Shown piece after piece: positions 12,586 through 23,396 of a stretch of 62,568 bases of DNA. The stretch is from sequence record DRR723986_3102. One strand, 5' to 3'. A program made the translations under genes and the position numbers. Position 1 is the stretch's first letter. Each line of letters begins with the position of its first letter. Below the pieces are notes generated by a model. That model searched no databases. It was not told the DNA's origin and was given only the letters and a program-made list of their open reading frames with translations.

Positions 12586-14082
12586 TCAGTCCAGCAACTC
12601 GCGCATTAGCGGGATCAGATCCGTCGCCGCCAGGCCGCGCTGTCCATCTTCGGCGGCCAGGTCGGCGGCCGCTCCGTGCAGGCACATACCGAGGATCGCG
12701 GCATCACGTGCGCCCAACCCCTGGGCCAACAGCGCTCCCAGCACCCCGCTCAGCACGTCACCCATGCCTCCGCTGGCCATCCCGGGATTACCGTAGTCAC
12801 TGAGGTAGATATTCTCCGCGTCCGCTACCAGGCTGCCATTGCCCTTGAGCAGTACGACGCCACCAAAACGCTGCTGCAGGGCCCGAACCGCAGCGAAGCG
12901 GTCCTGCTGCACCTCGGCAGTGCTGCAACCGAGCAGGCGGGCAGCCTCCCCCGGGTGCGGCGTGAGAATCCAGTTGTCGCGTGCCGCGGCCGCCAGCACG
13001 CGACCTTCCGCCAGCAGGTTGAGTCCGTCCGCATCGAGCACCATTGGCAGACCGCTTTCGGCGCCCATCCGCAAGACCTGCTCGGACCAATCCGACCGAC
13101 CCAGACCGGGTCCGATCACCAGCACCGTGGACGCATCGATCATCGGCAGCAATTCCAGGCCATCATCAATACCCCGCGCCATGACCTCGGGGCTGCGGGC
13201 GATCGCTGCCGCCACGTGTTGCGGCCGGGTAGCGAGGCGCACCAGACCGGCACCGCAGCGCAGCGCCGCCTCCGCCGCCATCACACCGGCACCCCCCATA
13301 CCGAGATCACCGCCGATAACCAGCACCGACCCGAAATCACCCTTGTGGGCAAGCGCTGGCCGCCGGGGCAGCTGGTCGAGCAGCGTATCAAGCTCCAGCA
13401 GGTAACAGTTTGCCGGCACCTCGGCATATACCGCTTCGGGCACCTCAAGGCCGGCGAACAGGCGCTCCCCCGCCCGGTCGGGACCATGCAGGCAGAACAA
13501 ACCTCGCTTGAGGCCGATAAAGCTCACCGTGAGATCGGCACCCACTGACTCGCCGAGAATACGCCCGCTGTCCGCGCACAGGCCCGACGGAATATCCACA
13601 GCCAGCACCGGCAAGCCGAGACTGTTCAACTCCCTGATCGCCCCGAGATACGGTTCGCGCACCTCGCCTCCCAGCCCCGTTCCCAGCATGGCATCCACCA
13701 ATACCCCCCGGGGTTCCAGCAGCCCGCCCTGCCAGGGCAGCACAACCACCCCGTTGGCCAGTGCCTGCTCCCGGGCCAGCGCTGCATCGCCAGTAATTTT
13801 CTCCGGCTCACCCAGCTGGTAGACCACCACATCTATACCGCGCTTGTGGGCAATATCCGCAAGCAGGTAACCGTCGCCCCCGTTGTTGCCGGTCCCGCAC
13901 AGCACCTGAACGTACTCGGGATCGGGCCACAGCGACTGCAGCGCTTCGAAAGCGGCATGGGCGGCGCGGGACATCAGGGTGATGCCCGGTATTCCATGCC
14001 GGTTGATCGCACTGCTATCCAGCTCGCGGGTTGCCGCTGCGGTATACAACGGTTCCAGGCTTGTCAGGTTTATCGGGTCCAT
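12586..14082 (-). CDS. nnr: bifunctional NAD(P)HX epimerase/dehydratase
   Basis: GTGNNGGDG, DIPSG, HKG, GPGLG, LDADGL, TPHPGEA, GGMGDVL. Confidence 0.96.
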   Translation of the reverse strand: MDPINLTSLEPLYTAAATRELDSSAINRHGIPGITLMSRAAHAAFEALQSLWPDPEYVQVLCGTGNNGGDGYLLADIAHKRGIDVVVYQLGEPEKITGDAALAREQALANGVVVLPWQGGLLEPRGVLVDAMLGTGLGGEVREPYLGAIRELNSLGLPVLAVDIPSGLCADSGRILGESVGADLTVSFIGLKRGLFCLHGPDRAGERLFAGLEVPEAVYAEVPANCYLLELDTLLDQLPRRPALAHKGDFGSVLVIGGDLGMGGAGVMAAEAALRCGAGLVRLATRPQHVAAAIARSPEVMARGIDDGLELLPMIDASTVLVIGPGLGRSDWSEQVLRMGAESGLPMVLDADGLNLLAEGRVLAAAARDNWILTPHPGEAARLLGCSTAEVQQDRFAAVRALQQRFGGVVLLKGNGSLVADAENIYLSDYGNPGMASGGMGDVLSGVLGALLAQGLGARDAAILGMCLHGAAADLAAEDGQRGLAATDLIPLMRELLD

Positions 14083-14223
14083 AGAAGACGTGTCCCGCCT
14101 TGGTTAAGTGATAGCCAGCGCTGCCGCGGCATGATCGGCCCCTGTACTGGTCGCGGCACACGCGCGGAGCGCGCTACACTGCTCGGGTTGTTGGAGAGAA
14201 TACACCAAGTGCGAACAGAGTTG

Positions 14224-15291
14224 ATGACCACTGAACTCACGCCGGAGCTGTTGCGCGGGCTTGCGGCTGACATCCGCCGCTGGGCGGCGGAGCTGGGATT
14301 CCAGCAGGTGGGGATCACCGATGTGGACCTCGGCGAGAACGAAGCCTACCTGCAGAAATGGCTGGATGCCGGTTACCACGGCACCATGGACTACATGGCG
14401 CGACACGGAACCCGGCGCTCCCGGCCGGCAGAACTCGTGCCGGGCACCTGCCGGGTGCTGTCGCTACGGATGGACTACCTCACCGAAGACACCCAATCCC
14501 TCGAGGTACTGGAGTCAGCGGAAACAGCGTATATCGCACGTTACGCGTTGGGCCGGGATTATCACAAACTGATCCGGTCGCGCCTGGCACAGCTGGCCCG
14601 GCGCATAGAAGCCGAAGCCGGTGGTGGCCATTACCGCGCCTTTGTTGATAGCGCCCCGGTACTGGAGAGAGCAATTGCCGAACAGGCCGGCCTGGGCTGG
14701 ATTGCCAAGAACACCATGCTGATAAATGAGCGCGCAGGTTCCTGGTTTTTCCTGGGCGAAATCTATACCGATCTGCCGCTGCCGGAAGATACGCCCAGGT
14801 CAGAAAAACACTGCGGCAGCTGCCGGGCCTGTCTCGACGTGTGTCCGACCGATGCTTTCACCGGGCCATTCAGCCTCGATGCCCGGCGCTGCATCTCCTA
14901 CCTGACCATCGAACACAAGGGCAGCATCGATGAGGAGCTGCGCCCGCTGATCGGTAACCGGGTGTTCGGCTGCGACGACTGCCAGCTGGTCTGCCCCTGG
15001 AACAAGTTCGCCAGACCCAGTATCGAAGCGGACTTCCTGCCGCGGCACGGCCTGGAAAACAGCAGAATTTTGACCTTATTCCTATGGGACGAGTCGACCT
15101 TCCTTCATAATACAGAAGGCTCTGCGATCAGGCGTATCGGCTATGAGCGCTGGTTGAGAAATCTGGCCATCGCCCTCGGCAATGCCCCGACAAGCCCCGA
15201 GGTCATTGCCGCGCTCAAGCTGCGCAGCGACTACCCATCAGAGCTCGTGCGCGAGCACGTTGCCTGGGCACTTGACCGGCACCTGGCTTGA
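14224..15291 (+). CDS. queG: epoxyqueuosine reductase
   Basis: YALGRDYH, DSAPVLER, CGSCRACLDVCPT, GCDDCQLVCPWN. Confidence 0.97.
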   Translation: MTTELTPELLRGLAADIRRWAAELGFQQVGITDVDLGENEAYLQKWLDAGYHGTMDYMARHGTRRSRPAELVPGTCRVLSLRMDYLTEDTQSLEVLESAETAYIARYALGRDYHKLIRSRLAQLARRIEAEAGGGHYRAFVDSAPVLERAIAEQAGLGWIAKNTMLINERAGSWFFLGEIYTDLPLPEDTPRSEKHCGSCRACLDVCPTDAFTGPFSLDARRCISYLTIEHKGSIDEELRPLIGNRVFGCDDCQLVCPWNKFARPSIEADFLPRHGLENSRILTLFLWDESTFLHNTEGSAIRRIGYERWLRNLAIALGNAPTSPEVIAALKLRSDYPSELVREHVAWALDRHLA

Positions 15292-15360
15292 ACGCAGGTA
15301 GTTCAATTGAGATAAACTAGGCGGGAATCGCCGCGACCGGCGACCAGGATCAGGACAGGG

Positions 15361-16221
15361 ATGACTCAATTTGCCGCCAGTACCCACCCGGGACTCAAGC
15401 GCGATCACAACGAAGACTGCTACGAGGCGAATCCGGCCCTGGGACTCTGGCTGGTTGCAGACGGTGTGGGTGGCCACGCTCACGGCGAAGTGGCCAGCGG
15501 TATCGTTCGCGACACGATCAGGGATGGTATCGCCGCCGGGCGTACATTGCTGGAAACCATCCAGGATGCCCACCAGGGTGTGCTGGAGGAAATCAGGCAG
15601 CGCGATAGTGCGAGTAATATGGGGTCGACGGTTGTCGCGCTGCAGTTGCAGGGAGACAACTATGAACTGGTCTGGGTGGGCGACAGCCGCGCTTACGCCT
15701 TCGATGGCAAGACCCTCCGCCAGCTGACCCGGGACCACAACCCGGTCAGTGAACTTCAGCGTCGTGGAATCCTGACCCCGGAGCAAGCCGCGGTACACCC
15801 CGATCGCCACGTACTCACCCAGTCCATCGGTGTATCCGATGACATCAGCGCCAGCCCTGACCGGGTCACCGGCCAGCTGCAACCGGGGGAACAGATCATC
15901 CTGTGCAGCGACGGCCTCAGCGATGAACTGACCGATGCCGGTATCGCCGATGTCATGGCCCGCGAAGCCACGCCGCAAACCCAGGTAGACGCCCTGATCA
16001 ATGGCGCCCTCAATGCCGGCGGCAGCGACAACGTCACCGTGGTGATTGTCGGTGCGCCGGTGGGCAGGACAGCCCAGGCACCGCTACCGCAGGATCTGGA
16101 AACCACCCAGAATATCGGTCACGCTGTGGCCAGTGATAACACCGAGCGGGTAAGCCATTCAGGCAAGATCTGGCTGCTGCTGGCGGCCATGGTCATTCTC
16201 GCTGCCTGGTTATTGCTCTGA
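15361..16221 (+). CDS. PP2C/PPM-family Ser/Thr phosphatase with C-terminal TM helix
   Basis: RDHNED, VADGVGG, MGST, VGDSRAY, CSDGL, GGSDNVT; hydrophobic C-terminus. Confidence 0.93.
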   Translation: MTQFAASTHPGLKRDHNEDCYEANPALGLWLVADGVGGHAHGEVASGIVRDTIRDGIAAGRTLLETIQDAHQGVLEEIRQRDSASNMGSTVVALQLQGDNYELVWVGDSRAYAFDGKTLRQLTRDHNPVSELQRRGILTPEQAAVHPDRHVLTQSIGVSDDISASPDRVTGQLQPGEQIILCSDGLSDELTDAGIADVMAREATPQTQVDALINGALNAGGSDNVTVVIVGAPVGRTAQAPLPQDLETTQNIGHAVASDNTERVSHSGKIWLLLAAMVILAAWLLL

Positions 16222-16232
16222 ACGATGGCATC

Positions 16233-17135
16233 GTGAACGGCGATCGATTCGGTCATTTTCGGCTCCTGCAACACATCGACGATGGCGGCTCAGCGGATGT
16301 CTATCGCGCCATCGACGAATCCTCCGACACCACCGTTGCCCTCAAGATCCTGAAACCGGAGCTCCGCACGGACCCCGAACTGGGGCGTAAACTGCTTGAA
16401 GAAGGCAATCTGCTGCGCCAGCTGGATCACCCCGGCATCGTCAGTGTCCGGGAAGTGGGCACTGCCGCAGACGCACCCTACATCGCCATGGAATTGCTTG
16501 CGGGCCAGACCCTGCAGCAACTGTTGCAGGACACAGGCCGTATTTCGCAGCGTCAGGCGCTGCAAATCATTGCCAGGCTTGCCGAGGCACTCGACTACGC
16601 CCATGAACAGGGACTGGTGCACCGGGACCTGAAGCCCGCGAATATCATGGTTCACCGCGACCGGGTGACCCTCACCGACTTCGGCATCGCCAGGGTAAGC
16701 GGCGTGAAAACCACACGGGCGCTGGCGACCCCGCGCTATATGTCACCAGAGCAGGCCGCCGGCAACATACTCGAAGGCCGATCGGATCTTTTTTCCCTGG
16801 GCGCCATCGCCTACGAGATGCTGTCGGGCAAACGCGCCTTTGATGCCGACTCGCTGTCGGCCCTGATTGAGCAGGTCAAGAGTCGGCAGCCACCGGCGCT
16901 ACAGGACAATGCACCGGGCCTCAGCCTGGGCACTCTTGCCATCGTAACGCGACTGCTGGAAAAGGATCCCTCAGCACGCTTCGCCCGCGGCAGAGACGTG
17001 GTTGAGGCCATTAACAAGGAACTCGCGCGGCCCACCGCGCCAGCGGTGACGCCCGCCAATCTGTGGCTCAGGAAACTGGTCATCGCCCTGGCGGCTGCCG
17101 GGCTGCTGGTAATCGCGATCTGGTACGGGGCTTGA
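16233..17135 (+). CDS. Hanks-type Ser/Thr protein kinase with C-terminal TM helix
   Basis: VALKIL, HRDLKPANI, DFG, YMSPEQ, DLFSLG; GTG start. Confidence 0.93.
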   Translation: MNGDRFGHFRLLQHIDDGGSADVYRAIDESSDTTVALKILKPELRTDPELGRKLLEEGNLLRQLDHPGIVSVREVGTAADAPYIAMELLAGQTLQQLLQDTGRISQRQALQIIARLAEALDYAHEQGLVHRDLKPANIMVHRDRVTLTDFGIARVSGVKTTRALATPRYMSPEQAAGNILEGRSDLFSLGAIAYEMLSGKRAFDADSLSALIEQVKSRQPPALQDNAPGLSLGTLAIVTRLLEKDPSARFARGRDVVEAINKELARPTAPAVTPANLWLRKLVIALAAAGLLVIAIWYGA

Positions 17136-17141
17136 GCTTGC

Positions 17142-17873
17142 TCAGTCTTTCTTGAGCGCGTCTGCCACCGGGCTCTGGATAAAGGTCGTCTTGTTGGCCG
17201 CATCCGACTCGCTGCGTACCCGAGAGTAACTCTCACTGACCCGGAAAATAATATCGTGGAAACGCAGCTCGTCCTCATTACGCAGGGCCTGCTTGCGCTC
17301 AATAGGACGGCCATTGATCACTGTCCCGTTGGAGGAGCCGAGATCCTCGACATAAAGCTGATCGTCTTCAATGCTCAGCCGGGCATGCTGTCGTGACACG
17401 TGCGGACTGACCACGGCGATATCACACTCCAGCGCCCTACCCAGCACCAGCGCACTGACTACACCGAAACTGAGCCCCGCGAGCGGGCCGGTTTCTGCGG
17501 TGAGAATCCACTGGTACTCCGGGTGATGCTCGCCCTTGCGAAAATAGGTCGTAACCCCGCCGGAGCGGCGATCATTGATCGGCGCAATATTGGACAGCAC
17601 CCGACGCTCGACAAAGGAGGTGGTGCGCACGATGCCCTGGGGAGTGATCTGGAAGAACCAGGCCATGGCGAAGGTCAGAGGAAAACCGGCCACCGCGAGA
17701 TAGAGGAAATAGCGCGAGGCCATGTCTGAATCGAAGCCCAGCGCCGGAAAGAGGATATCGCCGACCTGCAACGCACCCCAGCACAATACGATATAGACCA
17801 CGCAGGTCCGCGTGACCTTCCTGCGCTTGAGTTCCCGGAAAAAGGAACCGGATTCCTGTTGGGAGTCAGTCAT
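17142..17873 (-). CDS. membrane-anchored FHA-domain protein
   Basis: N-terminal ELKRRKV + two TM helices; FHA motifs LGR, VSRQHA, DLGSSNGT. Confidence 0.88.
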   Translation of the reverse strand: MTDSQQESGSFFRELKRRKVTRTCVVYIVLCWGALQVGDILFPALGFDSDMASRYFLYLAVAGFPLTFAMAWFFQITPQGIVRTTSFVERRVLSNIAPINDRRSGGVTTYFRKGEHHPEYQWILTAETGPLAGLSFGVVSALVLGRALECDIAVVSPHVSRQHARLSIEDDQLYVEDLGSSNGTVINGRPIERKQALRNEDELRFHDIIFRVSESYSRVRSESDAANKTTFIQSPVADALKKD

Positions 17874-18045
17874 TGTTCCTCGCAGTCACCCCGGGTTCTC
17901 GTCCTTCGCTCAAATGTACTGCGGATGGCCGCGGGACGCCACCGTAAATCGTACCGGTAATCACCCTATCCCTGGGAAGACGCCCCGCAGCCAATAAGAC
18001 CTACTCCCGGCACCGCAGAAAGTTGGTCTTTTTTTACAATTTTTT

Positions 18046-18588
18046 TCAGACGCGCAGGAAATGCTCCCGGTAGTAACGCAACTCACCGATTGACTCGCGA
18101 ATATCATCCAGCGCCTGGTGGGTCCCGGCTTTGGTGAATCCTGCCTCCAGCTCGGGCCGCCAGCGCTGCATCAATATTTTTACCGTGCTCACGTCGAGGT
18201 TCCGATAGTGAAAAAAAGCCTCCAGGCGGGGCAGATGACGCACCATGAAACGGCGATCCTGGCAGATCGTGTTGCCGCACATGGGGGATGCACCCGGTGG
18301 CACCCACTGTTCGAGGAAAGCCACGGTCTGGGCGCTGGCGGCCTGCTCATCAATATCGCTGGCGCGCACCCGCTCCACCAGCCCGGAGCGGGTGTGATGC
18401 GTGGTATTCCACTCATCCATGCCCGCCAGCACCTCGTCAGTCTGGTGAATGGCAATGACCGGGCCCTCGGCCAGGGTTGTGAGTTGGCTGTCTGTCACTA
18501 TCGTGGCGATTTCAATCACCACGTCCGTATCGGGATTCAGCCCGGTCATTTCAAGATCGACCCACACCAGGTTGCTGGGATCCTGCAT
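18046..18588 (-). CDS. orn: oligoribonuclease
   Basis: [28 protein letters not shown]. Confidence 0.98.
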   Translation of the reverse strand: MQDPSNLVWVDLEMTGLNPDTDVVIEIATIVTDSQLTTLAEGPVIAIHQTDEVLAGMDEWNTTHHTRSGLVERVRASDIDEQAASAQTVAFLEQWVPPGASPMCGNTICQDRRFMVRHLPRLEAFFHYRNLDVSTVKILMQRWRPELEAGFTKAGTHQALDDIRESIGELRYYREHFLRV

Positions 18589-18672
18589 GCCGCTTTTTCC
18601 TTGTTCTGTCCGTGTTCCGCATAGAGAGTGTAGCAAATTGCCTCGACATGCTCAGGGCCGACCCTAATAATA

Positions 18673-19692
18673 ATGACGATGAGCAAACGCAAACTGACGC
18701 GGCAGCAGGCCTGGCGGGTATCAAAGATCCAGGAGGAACGTGCGAAACGCGCCCAGCAGCGCGATGCGCTCGCCGATGAAGCGTTGACCAGCGGTAATCT
18801 TGGCCCGGAGCAGGAAGGCCTGGTGGTCGCCCATTACGGTACCCAGGTCGCTGTCGAGCACCAGCCCGGGCAGGGACAACGCTGTCACATGCGGGCCAAT
18901 ATCGACAGCCTGGTAACCGGCGATCGGGTGATCTGGTGCGCTGGCGAGACCACCGGCGTCGTGGTCGCCCGTCTGGACCGTCACGGGGAACTCTGCCGGC
19001 CAGATGCCTCCGGCGCGCTGAAACCGGTAGCGGCCAATATCGACCAGATCGTAATCGTGATCGCCCCGCTGCCCGAGCCACACGCCAACCTGATCGACCG
19101 CTACCTGGTAGCCGCCGAGGTGTCCGGCATCGAACCGGTGCTGTTGCTGAACAAGCTCGACCTGCTGACCGGCAACCCCGGCCTCGCCGAGGATATCGAC
19201 AGCTTGCTGGCCGTCTACCCTGAGCTCGGTTACCGCCTGCTGCGAACCTCAACCACCGAGAACCATCTCGATGACCTGGCCTCGGCGCTCACCGATCGCA
19301 TCAGCGTGTTCGTCGGTCAGTCCGGCGTGGGCAAGTCATCGCTGGTGAACCGTTTACTGCCGGAGGCAGCGCTACGCGTGGGTGCCCTGTCCGAATCCAC
19401 CGCCAAGGGTGTACACACCACCACGACTGCACAGCTGTTTCACCTGCCCTGCGGCGGCAACCTTATCGATTCGCCCGGAATCAGGGAGTTCGGCCTGTGG
19501 CATATGACCCGGGAACAGGTGGAATACGGTTTTCGGGAATTCAGGCCCCACCTGGGGCACTGCAAGTTTCGCGATTGCTGCCATGACCAGGAACCGGAAT
19601 GCGCCATCCTGGCAGCCAATGCCCGCGGTGAGATCAGTGATTCGCGGCTGGCCAGCTACCGCTTCATCGTCAGTTCGCTGGACGGCGACTAG
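18673..19692 (+). CDS. rsgA: ribosome small subunit-dependent GTPase
   Basis: [33 protein letters not shown] Zn site. Confidence 0.98.
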   Translation: MTMSKRKLTRQQAWRVSKIQEERAKRAQQRDALADEALTSGNLGPEQEGLVVAHYGTQVAVEHQPGQGQRCHMRANIDSLVTGDRVIWCAGETTGVVVARLDRHGELCRPDASGALKPVAANIDQIVIVIAPLPEPHANLIDRYLVAAEVSGIEPVLLLNKLDLLTGNPGLAEDIDSLLAVYPELGYRLLRTSTTENHLDDLASALTDRISVFVGQSGVGKSSLVNRLLPEAALRVGALSESTAKGVHTTTTAQLFHLPCGGNLIDSPGIREFGLWHMTREQVEYGFREFRPHLGHCKFRDCCHDQEPECAILAANARGEISDSRLASYRFIVSSLDGD

Positions 19693-20540
19693 TCCGCGAC
19701 GGTTGCCAGCGCTTCGCCGAGCCGGGTAGGCGTACCGGGACCGTAGTGCGCCTCCCAGGCCATGGAGCCCCTGGGGAACAGCAGGATAACGGTAGAGCCC
19801 AGTTTGAAACGGCCCATCTCCGCACCTTTCTCCAGCACGAGCGGCTCCGGCAGTACCTGGAAATCCTTGCTGACCGGCGCACGCGGCGGCGGCGCAACCT
19901 GGCCATCCCAGACCGTTTCGATACCGGCAACAACCAGCGCGCCGACCAGGATCATGGCCATCGGCCCAAGCGCGGTGTCGAAGTAGCAAACGAGGCGTTC
20001 ATTCCTGGCAAACAGCCGCTCGACCTTAGCCGCAGTAACACCATTCACCGAGAACAACTTGCCCGGGATGTAACAGGTCGCGGTCAGGGTCCCGGCAAGC
20101 GGCATATGCACCCGGTGATAATCCCGGGGAGACAGGTAGATGGTGGCAAACTGTCCGTCAGCAAAGGCCGCAGCCCGGTCGTCGTCACCACCCAGCAGTT
20201 CCAGGGTAGAAAACGACTGGCCCTTGGCCTGGAAAATCCGACCCGATTCGATAGTCCCGATCTGGCTAACCGCGCCATCGGCAGGGCAGACCACAGGCGC
20301 ATCGGCTAGCGGGCGCGCGCCGGCGCGCAGCGGGCGGGTAAAAAAGGCATTGAAGCTCTCGTAGGCCTCGGGATGAGGGTGCTGCGCCTCCGCCAGATCC
20401 ACGTCAAAGTGGGCGACAAATCGCCGGATAGCCCAGTTTTTCAGGAACACGGGCGAGCGCAAGGCCGCCAGCCAGCCTGTTAGCCGGGACAGGCCGTGTT
20501 GGGGTATGAGATGTTGAAACCAGATAAACAGCGAATCCAT
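19689..20540 (-). CDS. psd: phosphatidylserine decarboxylase proenzyme
   Basis: [31 protein letters not shown] autocleavage motif. Confidence 0.97.
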   Translation of the reverse strand: MDSLFIWFQHLIPQHGLSRLTGWLAALRSPVFLKNWAIRRFVAHFDVDLAEAQHPHPEAYESFNAFFTRPLRAGARPLADAPVVCPADGAVSQIGTIESGRIFQAKGQSFSTLELLGGDDDRAAAFADGQFATIYLSPRDYHRVHMPLAGTLTATCYIPGKLFSVNGVTAAKVERLFARNERLVCYFDTALGPMAMILVGALVVAGIETVWDGQVAPPPRAPVSKDFQVLPEPLVLEKGAEMGRFKLGSTVILLFPRGSMAWEAHYGPGTPTRLGEALATVAD

Positions 20541-20586
20541 GCCGCTTAGTGTATCCTTTCAATGGTTAAAGGGAAGCGGGAACACC

Positions 20587-21675
20587 ATGAGAATCTGCTT
20601 ACTCCTGACACTGCTGATGTCTCCACTCATCGCCACCGCCCAGGCAGGCGATGCCCTGGCGACGGATTCCTGGCAGTTGGCTGCCTCCGATCAGGAAGAG
20701 GATACGATCGCCGGCTGGGAACCTGCCCTGCCCGAGGAAGACCCCAACGAACCACCGATCAACTGGCTGGACACCAGTCACGCCGCGCTGACCGACCGGG
20801 CGCAGAGAATGACCGAGTGGATGGACGACTTTTTCGGCGACGAGGAATACATCCTCGAGCAGGCGGAATCACAACTGCGCATCGAATTCATCGACAAATA
20901 CGAGACTGATCGCGGCAACGACTTCAAAGTTCGCCTGCGTGGCAAGGTACAGCTGCCCAAGGTATCCCAGCGCCTCAACCTGGTATTCAGTGGCGAGGAG
21001 TCGGAACTGGATACCGAGGAAGATCGTGACCTGAACAACGAAGCGGGCCTGCAACTGCAGCTGGGGGACCAACGGGAAGACAGGCGCTCTCGCTTCGACC
21101 TGACCATGGGTTACTCCTCCGGTCACCTGCGGCCGGGGATAAAATACCGCAACCAGGGCTCCATCGACGACCGCCACTCCTATCGCTTCCTCGAGCGCGT
21201 GCAGTATGAGCACGGGGAGAACATCTACTCAATAACCCAACTCGACCTCAACCGGACCATAGACGAGGACAGTATCCTGCGCTGGGGGAACCGCATCATT
21301 TACGGCGAAAAAACCGAGGGCGTGGAATGGCGCACCGGGCTGACCTTGCGCCAGCGCCTCAACGTCAATGGCCGCCGACCAGTCGCGATCAACTACTTTG
21401 CCGGGGTTAACGGTGTCACCCGTGAAAGCGAGTTCATCAAGAACTACCGGCTAGGCTTTCGCTGGCGCCGCCAGGTCTATCGCGACTTCCTGTTCATGGA
21501 GGTAGAGCCTTCCTACAACTATATCCGGCGCGAGTACGAGGACAAACGCGACAGCGTGTTCGGTATCGTCCTGCGCCTGGAGGTCGCCCTGGAGCGCGAC
21601 CTGCGACGGGTGATCCGGGATGAGCCGGACCCGGAGCCAGCCATGGCCCCGGGCACCGGAGACGCTGGCTTTTAG
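20587..21675 (+). CDS. secreted hypothetical protein, probable outer-membrane beta-barrel
   Basis: signal peptide MRICLLLTLL...AQA; acidic N-terminus; many amphipathic beta-strand-like segments. Confidence 0.6.
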   Translation: MRICLLLTLLMSPLIATAQAGDALATDSWQLAASDQEEDTIAGWEPALPEEDPNEPPINWLDTSHAALTDRAQRMTEWMDDFFGDEEYILEQAESQLRIEFIDKYETDRGNDFKVRLRGKVQLPKVSQRLNLVFSGEESELDTEEDRDLNNEAGLQLQLGDQREDRRSRFDLTMGYSSGHLRPGIKYRNQGSIDDRHSYRFLERVQYEHGENIYSITQLDLNRTIDEDSILRWGNRIIYGEKTEGVEWRTGLTLRQRLNVNGRRPVAINYFAGVNGVTRESEFIKNYRLGFRWRRQVYRDFLFMEVEPSYNYIRREYEDKRDSVFGIVLRLEVALERDLRRVIRDEPDPEPAMAPGTGDAGF

Positions 21676-23108
21676 AGGTTTTCCTCGGCGAATGCCGCCA
21701 GCCGCGAGCGGACAATGCCATTGACATGCATTATCCCCGCGTGGGGGTAGCTCTTGCTCTTCTCCACCAGGTAGGTGAGCCCCGACGTCAGGGGTGAGAT
21801 GTACTTGTTATCGATCTGTGCCAGGTTGCCCAACACCACGATCTTGGAGTCAGCCCCTACCCGGCTGATGATCGACTTGAGCTGGAACTGGGTCAGACCC
21901 TGGCTCTCGTCGATAATGATATAGGCGTTGTTGAATGAGCGGCCGCGCATGAAATTCAGTGACTTGAACTGGATATTGGCCCGCTCTTTCACATAATCGA
22001 TGCTGCCGTGGCAGGATTCATCGGTACCGTGGAGAATCTCCAGGTTGTCGTCGAATGCCGCCAGCCAGGGGGCCATCTTCTCCTCCTCGGTTCCCGGCAG
22101 GAAGCCAATATCCTCGGCAATCGGCGGCGTTGAGCGGGCCACGATCAGCTTGCTGTACTTCTTCTGCTCCAGAATCGCGTGCAGGCCATAGGACAGGGCC
22201 AGCAGGGTTTTGCCCGACCCGGCCGGGCCGGTCATCACCGCCATATCGACATTCTCGTCATCGAGCAGCGACATCGCCATCGCCTGCTCGAGGTTGCGCG
22301 GGGCCAGGCCCCAGAAGCGGCGATTCATCAGGCTGTCGCGGCTGTCGCAGCGCAGGTACACGTACTCACTGTCCATCCGTTTGACGAAGGCCATGAACTC
22401 CTGGTCATCGTAGAGGAACATATTCGGATAGGCCTGGGGCAGGGATTTGCGTGGAATCCGGTGCAGCGTGCAATCCCCTTCCCGCAGCGTGTCGACCTCG
22501 GAAATCGTCGACCAGAAATCGCCTTCGATATGCTCATAGCCTCGCGCCAACAGGTCGATGTCGTCGAGCACCCGGTCACGGCGGTAGTCCTCCACATGCA
22601 ACAGGCCGGACCCCTTGGCCTTGATCCGCATGTTGATGTCCTTGGTTACCAGGCAGACGAACTCATTGGGGTTCATCGCCTGCAGCTTGAGCGCAACATT
22701 GATAATCCGGTTGTCGTTGGCCTGGGCCTGGGTGTCATCGAGGTAGGGCACATCGGAGTCATCACTCAGCAGCTGGTCGGGGTAAATCGCCAGGGTGCCA
22801 TAGAGACCGTCAATGCCGGTGCCCGGCACTTCAACGCCTTCCTGTATTTGCTGGGGCGTTGCCGAATCGACCACCTTGTCAATCATGTTAATGGCTATCC
22901 GGGCCTCGCGGCTGACGGTTTTCTCGTGACGGTCCTTGATATGGTCGAGCTCTTCCAGGACGGTCATTGGGATGACCACATGGTGTTCGTTGAAGGCGGT
23001 GACCGCTGTCGGGTCGTGGAGCAGGACGTTCGTATCCAGAACGTATGTCTTCTTGATGACGGGTTTAAGGGTGGTTTTTTCTACTCGCAGGGCTGAGCCT
23101 GATTCCAT
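21672..23108 (-). CDS. PIN-domain + PhoH ATPase protein (PhoH2-like)
   Basis: YVLDTNVLLHDP, TVLEELD, NDNRII, VTKDINMR (PIN); GPAGSGKT, GFLPG, RGRS, IIDESQ (PhoH). Confidence 0.93.
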   Translation of the reverse strand: MESGSALRVEKTTLKPVIKKTYVLDTNVLLHDPTAVTAFNEHHVVIPMTVLEELDHIKDRHEKTVSREARIAINMIDKVVDSATPQQIQEGVEVPGTGIDGLYGTLAIYPDQLLSDDSDVPYLDDTQAQANDNRIINVALKLQAMNPNEFVCLVTKDINMRIKAKGSGLLHVEDYRRDRVLDDIDLLARGYEHIEGDFWSTISEVDTLREGDCTLHRIPRKSLPQAYPNMFLYDDQEFMAFVKRMDSEYVYLRCDSRDSLMNRRFWGLAPRNLEQAMAMSLLDDENVDMAVMTGPAGSGKTLLALSYGLHAILEQKKYSKLIVARSTPPIAEDIGFLPGTEEEKMAPWLAAFDDNLEILHGTDESCHGSIDYVKERANIQFKSLNFMRGRSFNNAYIIIDESQGLTQFQLKSIISRVGADSKIVVLGNLAQIDNKYISPLTSGLTYLVEKSKSYPHAGIMHVNGIVRSRLAAFAEENL

Positions 23109-23396
23109 AGAGCAATCCTCATTGGCGTTTCACTGGGGTTAGGTCTGGTAATGGTCTTGCACAGTGCCCGGCTTGTCCCGCCGGTGCCTGGTGGGTGGAA
23201 GGGGAGAGTCGTTTTGAATTGGCGTTGTCGGGAAACCGCCCGCCGGCGGGGCAGTGAACCGGGGCGTTTGCAGCCCGGTGGTGCGCTCTCGCGCGTGTTC
23301 TGTGTTTCGGTCAGGCCGACGGTGCCCTGTCTGGCCTGCATCCGGAAGTTTTTCAAAGGCGCTTCCCAACGGATGTATCACAGCAGCAGTCACTCG

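Noticed and set aside
15361-17873. Type VI secretion locus
   Set aside because: No tss structural genes (hcp, vgrG, tssB/C, clpV, tssM) in the window
17874-18045. tRNA genes near orn/queG as in enterobacteria
   Set aside because: No cloverleaf or T-loop GTTCGA/CCA pattern recognised
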